A stretch of DNA of 64,000 nt, taken from positions 640,001 through 704,000 of the forward strand of contig CAXXJV010000001.1 of NCBI GenBank assembly GCA_963663475.2. The letters are read 5' to 3'. The notes beneath the pieces are model-generated. The model was given only the letters and a program-made list of their open reading frames with translations. It did not search any database and was not told the origin of the DNA. Shown here piece after piece: positions 62,441 to 64,000 of this stretch. How positions within the stretch are numbered: position 1 is the stretch's first letter; each line of letters begins with the position of its first letter. Made by a program: the position numbers and the translations under genes. The stretch is from Candidatus Cloacimonadales bacterium. Lineage in GTDB: Bacteria > Cloacimonadota > Cloacimonadia > Cloacimonadales > JAFGVF01.

Positions 62441-63862
62441 ATGAAAACTGTCGTTATTCAAGGATTAGGATTTGTCGGCTTAGCCATGGCCACCGTCGTC
62501 GCTAACGCTGTTGATGCAAAAGGAAACCCATTATACAATGTTATAGGTGTAGATCTTCCTATGAATCAAGATAGGATTGATCAAATTAATTTAGGAAATT
62601 TACCTTTCAAAAATGAAGACGAAACTTTCCCTGTTCAGTTGAAAAAAGCAGTTTTAGAATATAAAAACTTATTAGCTTCTACAGATGAAGATTGGTATAA
62701 AAAAGCAGATATCGTAGTTGTTGATATTCAACTTGACATCAAGAAGAGAGTTATTGGTAATGCTAAAGATTGTTACTTAGAGAAAGATGCTTTTATTAAA
62801 GCTATTCATACTTTAGGAAGGCATATCAAACAAGAGTGTTTAGTATTAGTTGAGACAACTGTAGCTCCTGGTTTTAGCAGACACGTTGTTAAACCTGCTT
62901 TAGATAAAGAATTTATGGAACGCGGTATAGATGTTGTGGCTAATCCTCCTCGCATTGCTCACTCTTATGAAAGAGTGATGCCTGGTAAAGAGTATTTAGC
63001 TTCTATTAGATCATATCCTCGCACCTTCTCAGGATTTGATAAGATAAGTGCTGACATGGCACGTGAATTCTTAGAAAATGTCCTTGAAGTGGATAAATTC
63101 CCTCTTAGAGAAGAGAAATCAACTGAAACTTCAGAGCTTGCCAAAGTTATGGAAAACTCTTACAGAGCAGTTAATATTGCTTTGGTTAACGAATGGACTT
63201 TGCTTGCTGAAAAGATGGAAGTGAATATTTTCGATGTTATCGAAGGTATCAAAAAGAGAAAGACCCATAATAACATGCTTTATCCAGGACTTGGTGTAGG
63301 TGGTTACTGTTTAACCAAAGATACTCTTCTTGCTTACTGGTCTGGAATTAATTTCTATGATGAAAATCTTGATTTACCTATGACTATTAAAGGTATTAAT
63401 ATTAATGATACTATGCCTTGGCATACTTATGACTTAATTAAAGACAAATTCTATGAAGATAAATTCAAAACAATCCTACTCGGTGTTTCCTACCGTGAAG
63501 ATGTGGGTGATACTCGCTATGCTCCAGCTGAAAAACTCTACACTAAATTAGATAATGATGGTTTAGATGTCCATGTCCACGACCCTTATGTAGATGAATG
63601 GCCAGAACTTCCTGAAGCTAAATTTATAGACCAAATTACAGACCTTAAAGAATATGATTGCGTGGTTCTTGGGGTAAAACATAACTGCTATCTAAACCTT
63701 TCAGCTGATGAACTTATCCAAGCTACAAAACCTCAAACCCTTATTGTGGATGCAAATAATATTCTTGATGATGAGAAGATTTTAGCTCTGCTAAAGAGTG
63801 GAAGAGATGTGATTGGTGTGGGTAAAGGGCACATAACGAGAATGAAAAGAGAGCTTGTTTAG
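62441..63862 (+). CDS. Nucleotide-sugar dehydrogenase (UDP-Glc/GDP-Man/UDP-GlcNAc DH family)
   Basis: GLGFVG, ETTV.PG, ERV.PG, E.AKVMENSYR, GVGGYCLTKD, GVSYR..V.DTR, HDP. Confidence 0.92.
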   Translation: MKTVVIQGLGFVGLAMATVVANAVDAKGNPLYNVIGVDLPMNQDRIDQINLGNLPFKNEDETFPVQLKKAVLEYKNLLASTDEDWYKKADIVVVDIQLDIKKRVIGNAKDCYLEKDAFIKAIHTLGRHIKQECLVLVETTVAPGFSRHVVKPALDKEFMERGIDVVANPPRIAHSYERVMPGKEYLASIRSYPRTFSGFDKISADMAREFLENVLEVDKFPLREEKSTETSELAKVMENSYRAVNIALVNEWTLLAEKMEVNIFDVIEGIKKRKTHNNMLYPGLGVGGYCLTKDTLLAYWSGINFYDENLDLPMTIKGININDTMPWHTYDLIKDKFYEDKFKTILLGVSYREDVGDTRYAPAEKLYTKLDNDGLDVHVHDPYVDEWPELPEAKFIDQITDLKEYDCVVLGVKHNCYLNLSADELIQATKPQTLIVDANNILDDEKILALLKSGRDVIGVGKGHITRMKRELV

Positions 63863-63891
63863 CCACAGAATACACAGAATACACTGAAAAT

Positions 63892-64000
63892 ATGATTTAT
63901 GAAAAAGAGTTGTCTAAAAAAGTTATAGGTTGTGTTTTAAATGTTTATCATACACTTTGGTTATGGATTTTTAGAAAAAATCTATGAAAATCACTTATGA
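63892..64000 (+). pseudogene. Divergent GxxExxY gene start, frameshifted, at the window edge
   Basis: MIYEKELSKKVIGCVLNVYHTL then, in the +1 frame, GYGFLEKIYEN; preceded by a CCACAGAATACACAGAATACACTGA arm. Confidence 0.7.

Noticed and set aside
1-64000. tRNA or rRNA genes
   Set aside because: None recognised by eye; the GC-rich intergenic tracts are all accounted for by repeat modules (tRNAscan/Rfam not run)

Overview
Low-GC bacterial chromosomal window. It is probably from the FCB superphylum, most likely Cloacimonadota; this is inferred from several secreted proteins with an 'NYPNPFNP...SGIY' FlgD-Ig/T9SS-like C-terminal domain, a gingipain-type C25 protease and a PorZ-like protein. It contains housekeeping genes (kdsB, mnmG, engB, queD, rnhC, surA-like, pgpA), secreted proteases (M14, C25, C11), a glycosyltransferase/WecA/PorZ-like operon, one intact IS3-family element and the start of a surface-polysaccharide locus (rfbB onward). 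About 10 kb of intergenic DNA is a mosaic of palindromic, REP/MITE-like modules. Main highlights: (1) a candidate sigma-54-driven ~115-nt sRNA with an anti-Shine-Dalgarno motif, present once inside the 3' end of the C25 gene and once as a stand-alone copy; (2) GxxExxY nuclease-like genes that always sit next to periodic CACAGAG/CTCTGTG hairpins, two of them bracketing an ATPase plus nuclease-like cassette; (3) a dnaA-less oriC-like region with DnaA boxes and DnaA-trios at ~47.0-47.4 kb, and a second DnaA-box cluster at ~29.0-29.2 kb; (4) a four-copy structured 46-nt element in the polysaccharide locus; (5) an in-frame REP-like insertion in pgpA. All calls were made by eye from motifs, with no database searches.
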